From positions 133,734,001 through 133,798,000 of the forward strand of contig OZ024740.1 in the NCBI GenBank assembly GCA_964016885.1: DNA of 64,000 bases, written 5' to 3'. The notes under the pieces were generated by a model. The model searched no databases. It had not been told where the DNA came from and saw only the letters and a program-made list of their open reading frames with translations. Within the stretch, counting starts at the first letter, position 1. Every line of letters starts with the position of its first letter. The position numbers and the translations under genes are program-made. This document shows, piece by piece, positions 17,728 to 32,157 of this stretch. The stretch comes from Eledone cirrhosa (lineage: Eukaryota).

Positions 17728-20588
17728 TCAACAGCAAAGTCTCTCTGAGGGTTTACGAGTTCTCTTGGACCGTCTTCGATTGTCTGGTCCATACTCTGGA
17801 ACGGGTAATAAGGTCTTGGGTCTGGTCTGTCTTGGAGTTAGTGGCACGATTTCCGAGATCTCAATCGGGTGATCTGTTGCAAATTCAAAAACAGTGTCTA
17901 CTGCATCACCAGGTTCATTGTCTTCCTCAGTAGTGTACCGCGGTTGCAGCTGTTCCCAGTGTCGTCTCCACACTGGACCATGAGGTATGACCTTAACGTT
18001 GAAGCAGCGAGTACCCAATGACTTCTTAATGATTGCTGGTACCCATCGGGGATCTTTGTCTCGGCGAGGTCCGTAGTACAGTGCATACACAGGATCTCCA
18101 GCCTTGTACTGCCTGGTAACCTTAGCGACACCTGCCGAGTCCGGAGTCATCTGAGACTTATATGCTTCCTTAGACTGCTTGCCTTGAGCGATGTGTGCTG
18201 GCGAGGGCAGCAGAGAATCAATCCTTGTCCGTATCTGCCGGTGATTCAAAAGTTCACTCGGAGAGAATCCACTGGATGTCGGTGTTCTCCGGTACTGCAT
18301 CAAGAACTCTTGAAGTGCTCGCTTCGGCGGAAGAGAAGTCTTCCTCAGAGCTTGTTTGAAGGTCTGCACCAAACGTTCCGCTGCTCCGTTGGTAGCTGGG
18401 TGGTAAGGTGCCCCTGTCAGGTGCGTGATCCCACGTTCTTTGCACCAGCTCTGGAACTCCTCAGAAATAAAAGTTGGTGCGTTGTCGGTGACTAGTGTGT
18501 GTGGAAATCCGAAGTGCGCAAAGTCTTCTTCAAGCAGATCTAAAGTGGCTCTGGAGGACGTGGATGACGTAGGATGAATGCATGGATACTTGGAATAAGC
18601 ATCCGTGATCACCAACCAATTACTGCCCATGAAATGTATTGCGTGGTCCAGGTGTAAGCGGCTCCATGGCTTTTCAGGTAACATCCATGGGTGAACTGGA
18701 GACTTGGATGGCTGGTTTTGATGTTCACCACACGAATCACATTGTCGACTGGTTTTCTCTATAGCAGCATCGATACCAGGCCAATAAACAGCACTTCTTG
18801 CCAATTGTTTCATGCGCTCCATGCCAACGTGTCCGAGATGCAGAAGATTGAGGATCTTTGGCTGTAAGCTATGTGGAATCACAACTCTCGATCCATGGAT
18901 AAAGCATCCGTGGCAGATACTGATTGAATCCGATAACTTCCGGAACTTATTGACTTCGTCATTGATCTCAGTATTCTTTGGTGGCCAGCCTTCACGGACG
19001 TAGCGTATCACTGTAGATATCACTGGATCTTTCCCTGGCTCTTGACGGAGGACGTTAGCATCGATAGGTTGGACTTGAATACTGAGAGCTTTGATGGCGC
19101 ACACCATGTCCATGTCTTCACCATTTTCCTTCCTGTCAAAGTCGATGTCATTACCAAATGGCAAGCGACTGAGGGCATCTGCATTGCCATGATCCGCTGT
19201 TTTCCGATATTCGATGGTGTAGTCAAACTGGTTCAGCCACAGGGCCCACCGTGCTAGTCGGTTAGCAGCGAGAAGTGGTGTCCCTTTCCTCGGACTGAAC
19301 AGTGATGTCAGAAGCTTGTGGTCAGTTACGAGTATAAACTGATGTCCGTACAGATACTGATAGAACTTCTGCAACCAAATATGATGGCCAGGGCTTCCTT
19401 TTGAATTTGGCCGTAGTTACGCTGTGCAGAAGTAAGAGTCTTGGACACATTGGATATCGGGCGCTCGCTTCCATCAGGATAGCGTTGAAACAGGACTGCT
19501 CCAATACCAACTTTTGACGCGTCGCAAGCCAGTCCTAAAGTTTTGTTTGGATCGAAGTGTATCAGAACTCGATCCGATGAAAGCACATTTTTCGACTGAT
19601 CGAAAGCTGACTGTTCTTCATCTCCCCACTTCCAAGTAGTCGTTTTTTTTCGTAAGGCAATAGAGTGGCTCTGCCATGCTGGCCAGGTTTGGGATGAACT
19701 TTCCATAGAACTGAACTGAACCCAGCAAAGACTTCAAGCTTGAGACGTTCGTTGGAGGTGGCATCTTTAAAACTGCTTCGACCTTGGATCCCTTCGCGAT
19801 CCCTTCAGCCGACACGGTGTGTCCAAGGTATTCCACACTGGGTAGTGCAAACTGGCACTTGTCACGGCGACATCTGAGTCCTTTGTCGCACAGACGTGTG
19901 AGCAGACACTTTAGGTTGTTTAGGTGATCGTTTGCATCTTTCCCTCTGACGAGCATGTCGTCCTGGAAGACGGCCACACCAGGTAGATCTTGAGTCAGGT
20001 TTTCCATGATCTCCTGAAAGTAACCAGGTGCTGACTTGATTCCGAAAGGGAGTCGTTCCTGCAGGAGCACCCCACTGTGAGTGCTGAGTGCAAGCCTGCG
20101 TTGACTTTCTGGAGCCAGCTTGATCTGATTATAGGCATCAGCAAGATCAATCTTTGTGTATCCGAATCCACCTCCGAGCTTCTGCATCAGTTCCTCTGGG
20201 AGTGGCATTGGATGACGATGATCTGCAAGTTGGTCATTAATTCCCAGAGAGTAGTCACCACAAATCCGTAGTTTGGGCTTCAGGTTGCCTGAAGTATGTG
20301 CTTTACGAATCGGTACCACTGGCGTTCCGTATTCGTTGAACTGTACTGGCTTCCAGATTCCTTTGGCGATGCCTTCTTCGTAACCTTTGGCCAGGTCATC
20401 ACGAAGAGCAAACGGGACCGGCGTGCCTCGTGAAAGACCGGTGTCGCGTCCGACTTGAACTTCACTTCCAGTTCGAAGTCATTAAGACATCCCAATTCTT
20501 GCTTGAAGAGATCTGGGAATTCATCACACATGTTGTGACAATCTCGTTGCATGGAAATATAGGGCTCATTTGAGGTCTTTGGATGCAT

Positions 20589-20590
<2 letters not shown>
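17728..20590 (-). pseudogene. pol: Gypsy pol (RT, RNase H, integrase) split by three frameshifts
   Basis: KIDLADAYNQI, LPFGIKSAPGYFQ, VFQDDMLV; LACDAS, QKEALAIIFG, TDHK; HHCC finger, HLDHA, VTDNAP, NGAAERLVQTFK. Confidence 0.95.
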
Positions 20591-20627
<37 letters not shown>

Positions 20628-20718
20628 TAAAACGGAAAAGAAAATGCTGACAGATTTTTTCCAGTGAATAAATATAAATTAGTAATAAGTAATGGTTAGT
20701 ATTCATTGTTAATTTTAA

Positions 20719-20758
20719 GTTTTTACCGGTTACGCATTTCAAATGCTTTTCAAAATAA
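20719..20758 (-). ncRNA. Degenerate type I hammerhead, U3-A8 core (GAAA mutated to GTAA)
   Basis: TT-TTGAAAA-GCAT-ttgaa-ATGC-GtAA-CCGG-TA-AA, inside a (TA)n-bounded fragment 20625-20778. Confidence 0.55.
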
Positions 20759-21064
20759 TTTTGAGATAGGGCATTCGTATATATATATATATATGATAAC
20801 TGCAACTCGATTTCGAGTAACGCCATCACATGATACTTAAGCATGTGCATCACGGACGAAGCATTTTAGTTCTCTTAGGGACTTGCCTATGGCCAGCAAA
20901 GCCATGCAACGCAAGAAAATGTCACACATCAAGTAATGTCTATCCCTGAAGCTTTTTTTAAGTAAGGAAAAGCTTTGCACTGGGATAATCTCACTCTCTG
21001 AACAACGAATGCATTTACCGAAAAAGTAGAATGGGTCTACATCATCGGATGCAAACGAAATCTC

Positions 21065-21162
21065 AAGTTTTGTGGGGTTGCCGGTTTAGTTACAAGCGAC
21101 CCGACCATGCACAGGTTGTATTGGGTTACATGTTACCAGTTGCACTGACGAGCGCCCTCACA
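21065..21162 (+). repeat. Retroposon 3'-end-like repeat (also ~43690-43790, followed by (TACA)n)
   Basis: GTGGGGTTGC..TTTAGT..CGACCC.ACCATGC.CAGGTTGTA..GGGTTACATG.TACCAGT.GCACTGA is shared by both loci. Confidence 0.7.
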
Positions 21163-21214
<52 letters not shown>

Positions 21215-21215
<1 letters not shown>

Positions 21216-21303
21216 AAGAAAAAGAGATGAAATCGAAAATGCAACTGGAGTCTTATTTTTTTTTTAAAATATATATATTTATTTGGTTCCTTTACCGGTT
21301 TCG
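21215..21303 (-). repeat. PLE pLTR 3' fragment (family Y; also 54997-55205 and 59424-59503)
   Basis: AAAGAAAAAGAGATGAAATCGAAAATG.AACTGGAGTCTTATTT..GGTTCCTTTA at three loci. Confidence 0.85.
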
Positions 21304-21344
21304 GTATATATATAGTTATGTAATAAACAACATCAGATAATTAT

Positions 21345-21403
21345 TTCATTTACCAGTGGTTTCTTGAAAGCAAACAAAATTTGCTTTCAATCATCAGAAT
21401 GAA
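21345..21403 (-). ncRNA. Canonical type I hammerhead, with inverted C3-mutated copy at 21422-21480 (+)
   Basis: TTCATT-CTGATGA-TTGAAAGCAAA-ttttg-TTTGCTTTCAA-GAAA-CCAcTGG-TA-AATGAA. Lies in the fold-back 21313-21512. Confidence 0.88.
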
Positions 21404-21729
21404 GAAATCCTGGGTTTTTTTTTCATTTTGATGACTGAAAGCAAATTTTGTTTGCTTTCAAGAAACCACTGGTAAATGAAATAATTATCTTATGTTGTTT
21501 ATTACATAACTATTAAGCTCTGTAACCTGCATAGAGCACTCTTTTTTCCTGGACCTTTCCAACGGAATTACTTCATTTATTTATATATATATATAATAAA
21601 TGTAATCTGAATTTTCGAATATTAATAATAATATTCGATTCCTTTGCAATTATGCAAACAAGCCTCATTTTTAAAGCCATGTCAGTAGAATGAGCCCCTC
21701 ATTCTTGGTGTTGTGTTGGCATGTAAACA

Positions 21730-21779
21730 GAACTGCAGACAGTAATGTTTCTGGGTATTACCCTTCATCAGTAAAGTTC
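21730..21779 (-). ncRNA. Type I hammerhead
   Basis: GAACTtta-CTGATGA-aGGGT-aat-ACCCa-GAAA-CA-ttac-TG-TC-tgcAGTTC. Confidence 0.75.
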
Positions 21780-21851
21780 AATGTTCAACTGCCAACTGTC
21801 AGAGCTAGAGAAAATATATATATATATATAAACATAAATATATAAACATAA

Positions 21852-21949
<98 letters not shown>

Positions 21950-23273
21950 ATAAATATATATAAATATACATATATATATACTATAATGCACAATGGCATT
22001 ATATATTTTCTGCAATCGACTGCTCACCGGCATCCCAATAATAACAGTAGTAAATTCTGAAATTAGAGTGATTTCTATACAGCCATGAAACGACAATACC
22101 CAAACAAATTATACAACGGGGACCGAGAAATTTAACAGTGAAACAGTAAAATAATACCCCCCCCCCTTTAACCACTTCGCTTAGTCTCTAGCAAAGATAT
22201 TAATTACATTTAATTATTAATTGCTAATCAACCGTTAATTATGATCAGCTCTCATTTGTCCGTAAATGGAGCAAATGAAAGTTCAAAGTATCTCCAGGGG
22301 CAACCCTAGCCGACTGTTGGCGATTGTTTGTATACTCAGACAAGAACGACAACTCTCTCTCTATATATAGACAGTCTTGGAACCATTTGTTTTAAAATAT
22401 AATATTCGACCGTTTTGGTCCTTTTCAAAGTGAACAGATGTGAAGAAATCATGGGGACAGGCGATACAGCTGAAATAGGGGTTTTGGTGTTCGTGAGTTC
22501 CATCTTCTGCCAAAAGTCCAATTCGAAGGGCATTCAGCATTATATGGGTCAGGATAAGCAAGAACACACCCTATGACTATGATGGTTAACAGGTATGATG
22601 GCCGTTTGTGTGTTTTGTCTTCCTGTTGCTCGATTATTTGGATGTGCTACAGTCTTAGAGCATGCACAGACGGAAGTGGTAATTGGGCTTCTGGAATGGA
22701 GTCCAAGATGCAGGAAAGCCCATGAATCAACTTTTTCACACTATTCTAATGACTGTGTGTTGGAATTTGTGACTATATGTCGAACAATTCTTCTTACGTG
22801 AAGGGTGGGAATCAGACTCTCAATCAAGTATAATTCGACACATTTATTTTACAAAACTTATTTATGGAAGGCCACATATCGACCACGCATGCTAGTCTCC
22901 CTTCTCCACGTTACAGATTTTGTCTAAAAGAAAAGGCCGATATAACTTGAAACCAGGGACGTCATGACTCATTTTTTCCAGTTGAGTGAATTGGAGAAAC
23001 GAAGCCTGGACAGGGAAACGAAATCCCAGCCTCGCGATTGTGAACCCAATATTCGAACAAATAAAGAACTCCCCTTCCCATACACACACCCACACACATT
23101 TTCCTACATATATGTACACATATATTCTTCCGCTGGAGAAACGCCATCAGGTTATAGCTTGACAATTAAAACGAAAATAATCCATGAAATGTCTCCAGAA
23201 ATATGCGGCTGTAGAGAAAATAAATTACTACACACACGAGTAAGTTTATATATATATATTTATATGTGTGTGT

Positions 23274-23392
<119 letters not shown>

Positions 23393-24483
23393 GGAAAGAG
23401 AGAGAGTCAGTCTCTGTGCGTGAGTTTGTGTATGTGCTTGTGTAGCGTTTAAGCGTGTCCATAGAATTTGGAGTTGAAATGTGTCTATAAAAGAAATAGA
23501 GCAGATGTCAAAAATTAAATTCTCTATTTTTTAGTGGTTCTATTGTTGTGTGTTGTATCAGGGTGGTGCATCTTTTGATAAGTGGAGTAAGACATTTTTG
23601 AGAACAGGTGGTATATTTTTTGTCGGTAGTATATAGATTACAGATAAGTGGTTGAAAATAAGAAAGAAACCAGATGTTGCTATTATATGAAGATACTATA
23701 TTACTTTAAGGCATAAAGAATAACGAATTTCATAAAGAGAATTAAATGCTTATAACAGATAATTGAACGGCCATTTGAATGGAGAGATAGCTAAGGAGAA
23801 AGTTTTTGGAGAAATAATTGTAAAGTTTTGAAAGTTCTATTTGTATATATATATTTGTATATATGTTTAATATATTATGGACATACACACACATGTATAT
23901 ATATATGTGTGTGTGTGTATGTGTGTGTGTGGGGGGGGTCGTGTGTGTGTGTGTCGCTAAAAGGATTCAAATATTAAAGCTACAATATAATTAAATAAAA
24001 TACAAAATATATCCAAACGAATTTGAATGATATAAAATAGAATCGGAAATATTTCAAGAAAGATGAAACTGATATGAATGTTTTTTATTATTATTATTGT
24101 TTTGAAGAGTACGTCTCGAAAATGTAATTTAAGAATAAAATAAGCACCAACTATGAATAAAACATATCAATATAAATGAAAAATGAAAAAAGGTTGTAAA
24201 AGGTATACTGCCAAAACTTAGTTCATGAGAAGACAAAGATGCTAGACCGAGACGAATGTTTTGAGAATAGGGTAAAAAAATTAAAATATGGTAGAAGTTT
24301 GAAGTAAAAGTAAAGTAAAAAAAACAAACAAGCAAAACAAATACAAAGTGAAAAGTTCTAATAAAATGATGGTGAAGGACAAACAAAGAAGAAAACGGTT
24401 ACATATATATAAATATATGTATGTCTGTATGTGTGTGAGTGTGTTTACAATTTCAAAAGTTGAAAGTGAAATAAAATTCAGTG

Positions 24484-24566
<83 letters not shown>

Positions 24567-24625
24567 CATAAATATATATATATACATATATATATATATA
24601 CATTAAGGCCGATAAAACATCCAAC

Positions 24626-26599
24626 GTGTACACCCTAGATGTAAACACCTATAATAACTTCATCCGTACTGAACTACACAAGAAGTACAAAAAAACAGGT
24701 AAATCTACTCTTATACATATTAACAATGAGGCACACAAAATAGTTAAGAACCTGGGTTTAGATGACAGGACAGAACCAATAATTCCAGCGACCCCATCCT
24801 TTAATTTAAAGGACCACAAAGTCAATTTCCATGCAAACCCCCAGATTAGACTAATATGCCCATCGAAATCGGATATAGGTAGAGTAAGTAAATATATATT
24901 AGATAGAGTAATCCCCCAGTTAAAACGGATAACTGGCATAAAACTCTGGGCAAATACTGAGGAGGCGGTATGTTGGTTTAGTAATATCAAGGATAGGGAT
25001 GAATCAAAATTTATCCAATTCGACATAAACGACTACTACTCTTCCATATCACACGATACCCTGCATAAGACCCTAATGTTTGCCAGAGAGAATTCTGACC
25101 TAACCGACGCGGAAATAGGCATCATCCTTGAGGCCAGAAAAACCATAATTAAGTTCGATGATAGCTACTGGGTGCGCAAAGATCGACCATCTTTCTTTGA
25201 TATCACGATGGGCTCAAACGATTCGGCCGGAGTCACAGACGTAGTGGGCATCTTCATCGCTCAAGCACTAGAGAAAAAATTCCGCAATCTACAAGGGGGT
25301 ATCTACCGCGACGATGCTCTCCTTTTAGCTAAACACCTAAACAACCAGAAAATAGAAAGATTACGTAAGCAAGTTAGCGAATTTTTAAACAGTTTTGATT
25401 TTAGCATTACTTTTGAGTACAACCTGACTGAAACAAATTTCTTGGATGTAACATTTAATCTAGAGACGAGGGAAATCCACCCATTCCATAAATCTAATGA
25501 AAATATTATGTATGTTGACCATAAATCTAATCATCCACCCTCGGTTATACGGTCTATCCCTCGGGCCATCTCCCTTAGAATATCACGCCTGTCATCTACC
25601 CGCCAGGTCTTTAGTGAGCACGCTTACTATTATAACAACGCGCTTAAGGCGGCTGGATACCAAGACAAAATAGAGTACATAGATCCAGCACACCAATATA
25701 GAAATAAAGGCTCACAACGCACTAGCATAAACAATAATATAGGTACGATACACAACATACACTTTCCGCACAGGCATAGTCGAAATAGAAGCACACAACC
25801 CAACCTAGCTAGAAAGCGGAATCGTAGCTACCTTTGGTACAACCCAATATACAATGCCTCAACATCTCCTAAAATTTCTTCACTTTTCTTCAATTTAATC
25901 AAAACACATTTTCCTCCTACACATCGACACGCTAAAATACTAAATCTAAGGTCCATTAAGCTTTCATATTCTACAGCACCCAATCTCGATCTAATTATTA
26001 AAAAACTTAACTCCAAACGATTAGTCAGCACATCCACACGAAGCACCCCAAACTACATTAACACTTCCTCAAATTCTCAACCACTGAATGTAAACCCTCC
26101 TGCAGCAGACACACATATAAACCTAACGCAACCTGTACAAGATAATAATACTACAAGAGCTGATAAGTGCAACTGCAACCTACCTGATCGTTGCCCTCTG
26201 AATAACAAATGCATGGAATCCAATATGGTGTATCAATGCACCGTTGAATCGGATAACCGGAGATGGCACTATATCGGCTGTACCTCTACCACTTTTAAAT
26301 CTCATTGGTACCAACACCGTAGTTCGATGAAGAACATCAAATACCGTTCCGTAACTACCTTAGCCAATACAATTTGGCAGTTGCGCGAAAGTAACCTCCA
26401 ATACACTTTGAAATTGACAAAACTCTCTAGTGCTTCCGCATATCGTGCAGGCCAGCCTTACTGCCGATTATGCAATATGGAGCTATTTTACATACTAAAA
26501 TCGAATTATACTCTTCTCAACAACAGAACGGAACGGACTCTATATTGCAATCATAGACTCAAGGCTACGTTCTCGAAATACAAACCTGGCTTGATTTGA
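24626..26599 (+). CDS. PLE reverse transcriptase plus GIY-YIG endonuclease (657 codons open; true N-terminus missing)
   Basis: [47 protein letters not shown]; CNC..CPL..C..VYQC..YIGCT..H; C-terminal CRLC..E..LLN..CNH. Confidence 0.93.
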   Translation: MYTLDVNTYNNFIRTELHKKYKKTGKSTLIHINNEAHKIVKNLGLDDRTEPIIPATPSFNLKDHKVNFHANPQIRLICPSKSDIGRVSKYILDRVIPQLKRITGIKLWANTEEAVCWFSNIKDRDESKFIQFDINDYYSSISHDTLHKTLMFARENSDLTDAEIGIILEARKTIIKFDDSYWVRKDRPSFFDITMGSNDSAGVTDVVGIFIAQALEKKFRNLQGGIYRDDALLLAKHLNNQKIERLRKQVSEFLNSFDFSITFEYNLTETNFLDVTFNLETREIHPFHKSNENIMYVDHKSNHPPSVIRSIPRAISLRISRLSSTRQVFSEHAYYYNNALKAAGYQDKIEYIDPAHQYRNKGSQRTSINNNIGTIHNIHFPHRHSRNRSTQPNLARKRNRSYLWYNPIYNASTSPKISSLFFNLIKTHFPPTHRHAKILNLRSIKLSYSTAPNLDLIIKKLNSKRLVSTSTRSTPNYINTSSNSQPLNVNPPAADTHINLTQPVQDNNTTRADKCNCNLPDRCPLNNKCMESNMVYQCTVESDNRRWHYIGCTSTTFKSHWYQHRSSMKNIKYRSVTTLANTIWQLRESNLQYTLKLTKLSSASAYRAGQPYCRLCNMELFYILKSNYTLLNNRTERTLYCNHRLKATFSKYKPGLI

Positions 26600-26982
26600 T
26601 CCTGCGACTTCTGCTTTCCTCTATCTTCCTTCTACCTCCTCTATCTGTCCCCATGGATTATTGCTATGCCTTCTATTGACCACATCTCCCCTATTCAACA
26701 TCTCCTCCTACATACTTTACAAGTCACTCGGCCTAATCTCCCCTGCCTCCATCTATCATAGATCATAAACCTATCAACGTCTACCATCTCCCTAGCACAC
26801 ACACAGTTGGACTAGTCCATATCTAGATTTCATTATCGTATTTTATCCTCCCCTCTGTTTTACATCAACAACCATAAAAAAAACCTATCTCTCTCGTCTT
26901 TGTCACATCCTCCTTCTTCTCTACTTCAACTTCACATGAATTCCTATAAAAACCTGAACATAAATATGATCGGTAAATATAA

Positions 26983-27097
26983 TCTCTGATGATATGGAAT
27001 CGATTGTGCATTGGATGTCGAATGTTCTACTAACTATATAATATTATAGATGCAGCGAGATCTAGGCAAATTGATGTCTATTGAAACGTACGTTAGA
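26983..27097 (+). ncRNA. Type I hammerhead with greatly extended stem II/loop
   Basis: TCT-CTGATGA-tATGGAATCGATT-(~60 nt)-AATTGATgTCTATt-GAAA-CGTACG-TT-AGA. Confidence 0.68.
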
Positions 27098-27288
27098 ACC
27101 GAATAAATCTCTTTTACTGCATATTTCTGTTCTTTTTTATTCTTTATACACGCCCCGGAGTATAGCTAAACTGGAATATATACCTATTTTCTGCATTTCG
27201 TTGAGCACCACTCTGTTGTAATCTGACCTTCCCCTACACGGTACATAACACTGTGTCCTGGAAAACCTTAATGCACTCGTGCATAACC

Positions 27289-27338
<50 letters not shown>

Positions 27339-28177
27339 TGTGCCATAATATTGCAGTTATATTATCCACAACAACAGCTGTATAAAAATATTCGCCAAGT
27401 AATACCGGCCGATATAATTTAGACGTATTCGCCCGAACTATTTAGATTGCTATGAGCTGGAAGGATTATCGTGACTGTCATACTAAACGCCCAGAAAACA
27501 CAGAATTCATCCTCATTTGAAATTGCAAGGTATACTACTGACACATCCTAACAAAAGTAACAATCCAGCGTAAAAACATCAGTCGCGATATAGTTCAAGC
27601 ACATGCAAAGCTTACACCTCATTTATCCAGGCTATTGATTTTCATTATCTACCTATCATCATAGGCACAATGATATATGTAAATACATATTTGCATTTAA
27701 AAAATATTTGAAATGCTGACACGCATCCACTAACTGCTATCTGTAATGTGACGGTTTGTAAATCATTCTAAGGTTTCTTCGATTCAACATCATATTTCAA
27801 TAAAACATGCGCATGTTATATGCGCATATATAGAAAAATGAAAGTTTTCGTCGAGTCTTTTCTATAGAAGCATAATAATATAGTTTATACATATACAACT
27901 TAGGTTTTATAAGATTTTATAAATAGATATTCTCACAAAACTCCCTATCATATTAACATTAACAACCAGTATCTCTAACTATGAAGTATAAATACACAAT
28001 TCTTATCATAAATCTTAACAAAAAATTGTAATTACTTTATTTATAAACGTGAAGTGATTGAACTTCGTCGCGTTGCAGTTTAGATGACAGAAGTGGAACG
28101 CCTGTTACAATAAACTGCCATCAAAATGCACAAACTTATTATTTGCTTGCTCACAGACCCTTGCTCTCTCTCTCTAC

Positions 28178-28701
<524 letters not shown>

Positions 28702-29846
28702 ATATATATATATAGAGAGAGAGAGGGGGAGGAGAGAGAGGGGGAGGAGAGAGAGGGAGAGAGAGACATATAAAACGTATTATATAGATACAAATGAATT
28801 ACATAGACAGAAATGTATTCCTAGTACATTTCAATGGGTTTACACCATGAAGTTGATAGCAAATCATGGATGTCAACATTCTCATACATACCTACATGTA
28901 TTCATACATACATACATACACACACACATATATACATTCATACATACATACACACATACACAGATTCATACATACATACGTGCGTATATACGTATTCATG
29001 TGTGCGTGCATGTGTGAGTCTATGTGTACATATACGCATAACATTTGAAATTTGAAATACATTGGACTGGCGTAAGTGACTACAATGATAATCAGTCACT
29101 AGAAATAATAGTCAATAAAATTGGGCAAATGTTGCCAATGTTTCTTGAGTAAACCTCTTTTTTACATTTCTAACTCATAACTTAAAAGCTAAAACGAGAG
29201 AAACATTGATTAAGTTTTCTTTAGCGAAACGACTAATGCATTCACCTGGCTTCAGAGCGATGCGGTATTCTGCTCCTCTCCAAACGCCATTGTCCAATAC
29301 TTTCCATCTCCGGAAATGCGTCATATATATGCATTGATAGCTAGCAGGCTATGTAAAGCTACTCACTACATCCCTATTTCACTACATCCCTATCTCTCAA
29401 GAATTTCATCCACACCCACATGAAGTTTGCAGATTTTAAAACTTAAAATCTAACTGCATCGATATTGCAACTTCATAACAGTTTACAAAGACTGTCGACA
29501 CTGCATCGTCTTCTGCTGTTTCGAAAACGCCTGCGTATTGTAAGCATGTTTGGGAGCTTATTCTCAGAAAATATCTGAGGCATAAATCAATAAAACAGTT
29601 TATAATTAGGGTTATATCTCAATTTCGCATTGAAACACTGCATTGAATTCGAAATCAGGATATATCTAACGTGATAATGCTTGTTTGCATATAAATATTC
29701 CGAAACGAATGCTGATTAAGAAATATTTAATATATGATAACATATAGCACGTGTGAGTGAATTATCAGTTTTGTAACAGAAGTTAAATTATCGCATAAAT
29801 ATATACTCATGATTTCACTTGTATATTTGTACACGGGAGTATGCAC

Positions 29847-29886
<40 letters not shown>

Positions 29887-32125
29887 ATATATATATATAT
29901 ATGTGCGTGTGTGTGTGTGTATGTATATATATCTATGTGTGTATGTGTGTGTATGTGTGTGTGTGTATGTGTGTGCGTGCTTATATATGTATATATATAT
30001 ATGTGTGTATACATATATATATATATATATACATAATACAGCTGTATGTATATTTATATGTATGTGTGCATATATACATATGTATATATGTGTGTGCGAG
30101 AGTGTGTGTTTGCATAGTGAAAGAGAGAGATATGTGTATGTCCATTAGATGTGCTTTTTCAGTACTTCACCATTTGTGTTTAATTTTCTTGTTCTCAATT
30201 TGGTGAAATTTAATATATCTACCTCACAACGCTTGCCATATTTTAGCATTAAATGCACGTGAATCATCAATTGATTAGCTTGTGATTATAGATTTATCTG
30301 ATAATGCGTTACACTTTTAATACCTAAGCAAAACAATTCCTATTGGTAATCTTTAGAAAACTTAGCATATTTTTATTCAACTTAAACAAAAATAAATAGC
30401 TAGTTGCTTTCGGTAAGTTTTTGAAATGTATTCCGTAATCCGAACACGTATTTTAAAAAGTTTATCAATGCTCTAGGATAGTTACATTTTTAGTCGAAAA
30501 TGTTGTTAAATTTTGACATCTAAGTAAATATACAGATATATTGAATGAAATACATAAATATATTCAATGAAATATATAAATATATTCAAGGAAATATATT
30601 ATGTCTCTAGAGATAATTTCAGCAAATTCAACTAATTTATGTGCGTATATTTCTATGTTTTCTATGGTTTTAGATTATAACATAAAAGACAGCATGATAG
30701 CATAAAAAATTAATGAAATTCTTTTCAATTGTGACAAAAAAAAAGAAGTAAAGTTGGTTTTTGAGCAACTTTTATTAAGTTATGATATAGATGGTGCATT
30801 TATATTTGAAAAATTCTATTTCAACCCATTAATTTCATTTAACAAGGTATAAATATTCTAAAATGATTTAGCATTCATACTATTCTAAATGAAATAGCTC
30901 TCAATATTAGTTGAACCCGCAACGGCGCTTACTTAGGGATACTACCTAATTCTCTACATCTGTCTCTAAGCACTGAAATTGGCTTCCACTACCAGATATC
31001 TATCAATTAATGATATCAACATACCTCGCTTTTTTACCCAAAGAAAATAGTGACAGATACGGTCACGAACTTTCCTAGTATATATAAATATAATCATAGT
31101 ATTATAACACAGGTAACAGTATGGGTTCAATCGTCATACTGGAAATAGCGTTTAAATCAAGTCTTGTGAATGGGAAGGATGCTTGCTTCGTATTAAATGT
31201 ATGCTCGCTGATAGATCATTTGAGTTATGTAGAAGTATGGGAAGAAATCAGAACCTAGTCGGAGTTGATGAAGATTGTAGTAACATTAAACTGCCACTAT
31301 ATGTAAGTAACTCTACCAGAAACAAAAAAATAACTTGCAACTTGTAAACGTTAAGAGAGAAAATGTCATTTACATTATTTCTCTTTGATTTGACGAAAAT
31401 GGTAAACGTTGTCCAAAAAAACATCACGAAAGAAATATTTAACCAGAAACATCCGAACTAACTAGATTATCTATCGTTTACGTTACTGTTATTATATTTA
31501 TGCAAGTAAAAATTCATTAAAACATGTTTAAGATAAAATAGATTTCCTACAGTAAAACTTCAATATCTAGTTCGAGAATATATATGATGTACATTTGTTT
31601 AATTTTAAAATTCACATTACGTAGAATTGTTGAAATATCGAAAAATAGACACTTTCTGCTTTGCTAAGTTTTGGAATTGATATTTGCTTCGAAGAGGATG
31701 ATTTAAATTCAAGTCATATATACCATTTTATGCTTCACCGATTACGAATAGAAGGTAATTTTTCCGACGAGGGTCAAGTCCAGCTGCCTATATTCTCCCA
31801 ATGATTTGTGTAGTCATTCTCGATTTAAAAGTCAGCCCACACTAAATCGAATCATTTTTCATGTGATCATTTGCATAGAAATTCCTAACTATATATTTAC
31901 TACTCACAACAACAATCTTTGATAATCTGTCATATACGATAAACGTCCACCTCGAAAATGTATTTAGAACATAACTATATGTCAGCATAAACAAAACCTC
32001 TTGTCGTTTAAGCGAGGCAAAATGCAAATATACTTCTCTTTTTTTTAAATATATGTACTCATTTATGTAGACATGCATGTATATATGTATGTGCACACGC
32101 ATGTTGCTATGTATGTATGCATGAA

Positions 32126-32157
<32 letters not shown>

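Larger units (their letters stand above)
17413..20591 (-). mobile_element. Ty3/Gypsy LTR retrotransposon (Mag-like), lacking gag, protease and 5' LTR
   Basis: RT-RNaseH-integrase order, PPT and LTR present. Cut at the (TA)n starting ~20592. Confidence 0.95.
24601..27292 (+). mobile_element. Penelope-like element, 5'-truncated, with 3' UTR/pLTR
   Basis: Long RT plus GIY-YIG ORF, pyrimidine-rich 3' UTR, HHR, AATAAA at ~27102, (TA)n on both sides. Confidence 0.95.

Noticed and set aside
17666-20271. Plus-strand and alternative-frame ORFs overlapping Gypsy pol (likewise over the RTE)
   Set aside because: Shadow ORFs of GC-richer coding sequence.
22330-22800. Peptide HFEKDQNGRILYF (minus strand) reminiscent of an L1/Tx1 APE domain
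   Set aside because: Too short and degraded, with no second diagnostic motif.
24626-26599. Selenocysteine-recoded (Naiad-type) PLE
   Set aside because: The endonuclease is C-terminal and the frame has no internal TGA. Stops in the other PLE relics are mixed types with frameshifts, consistent with decay.
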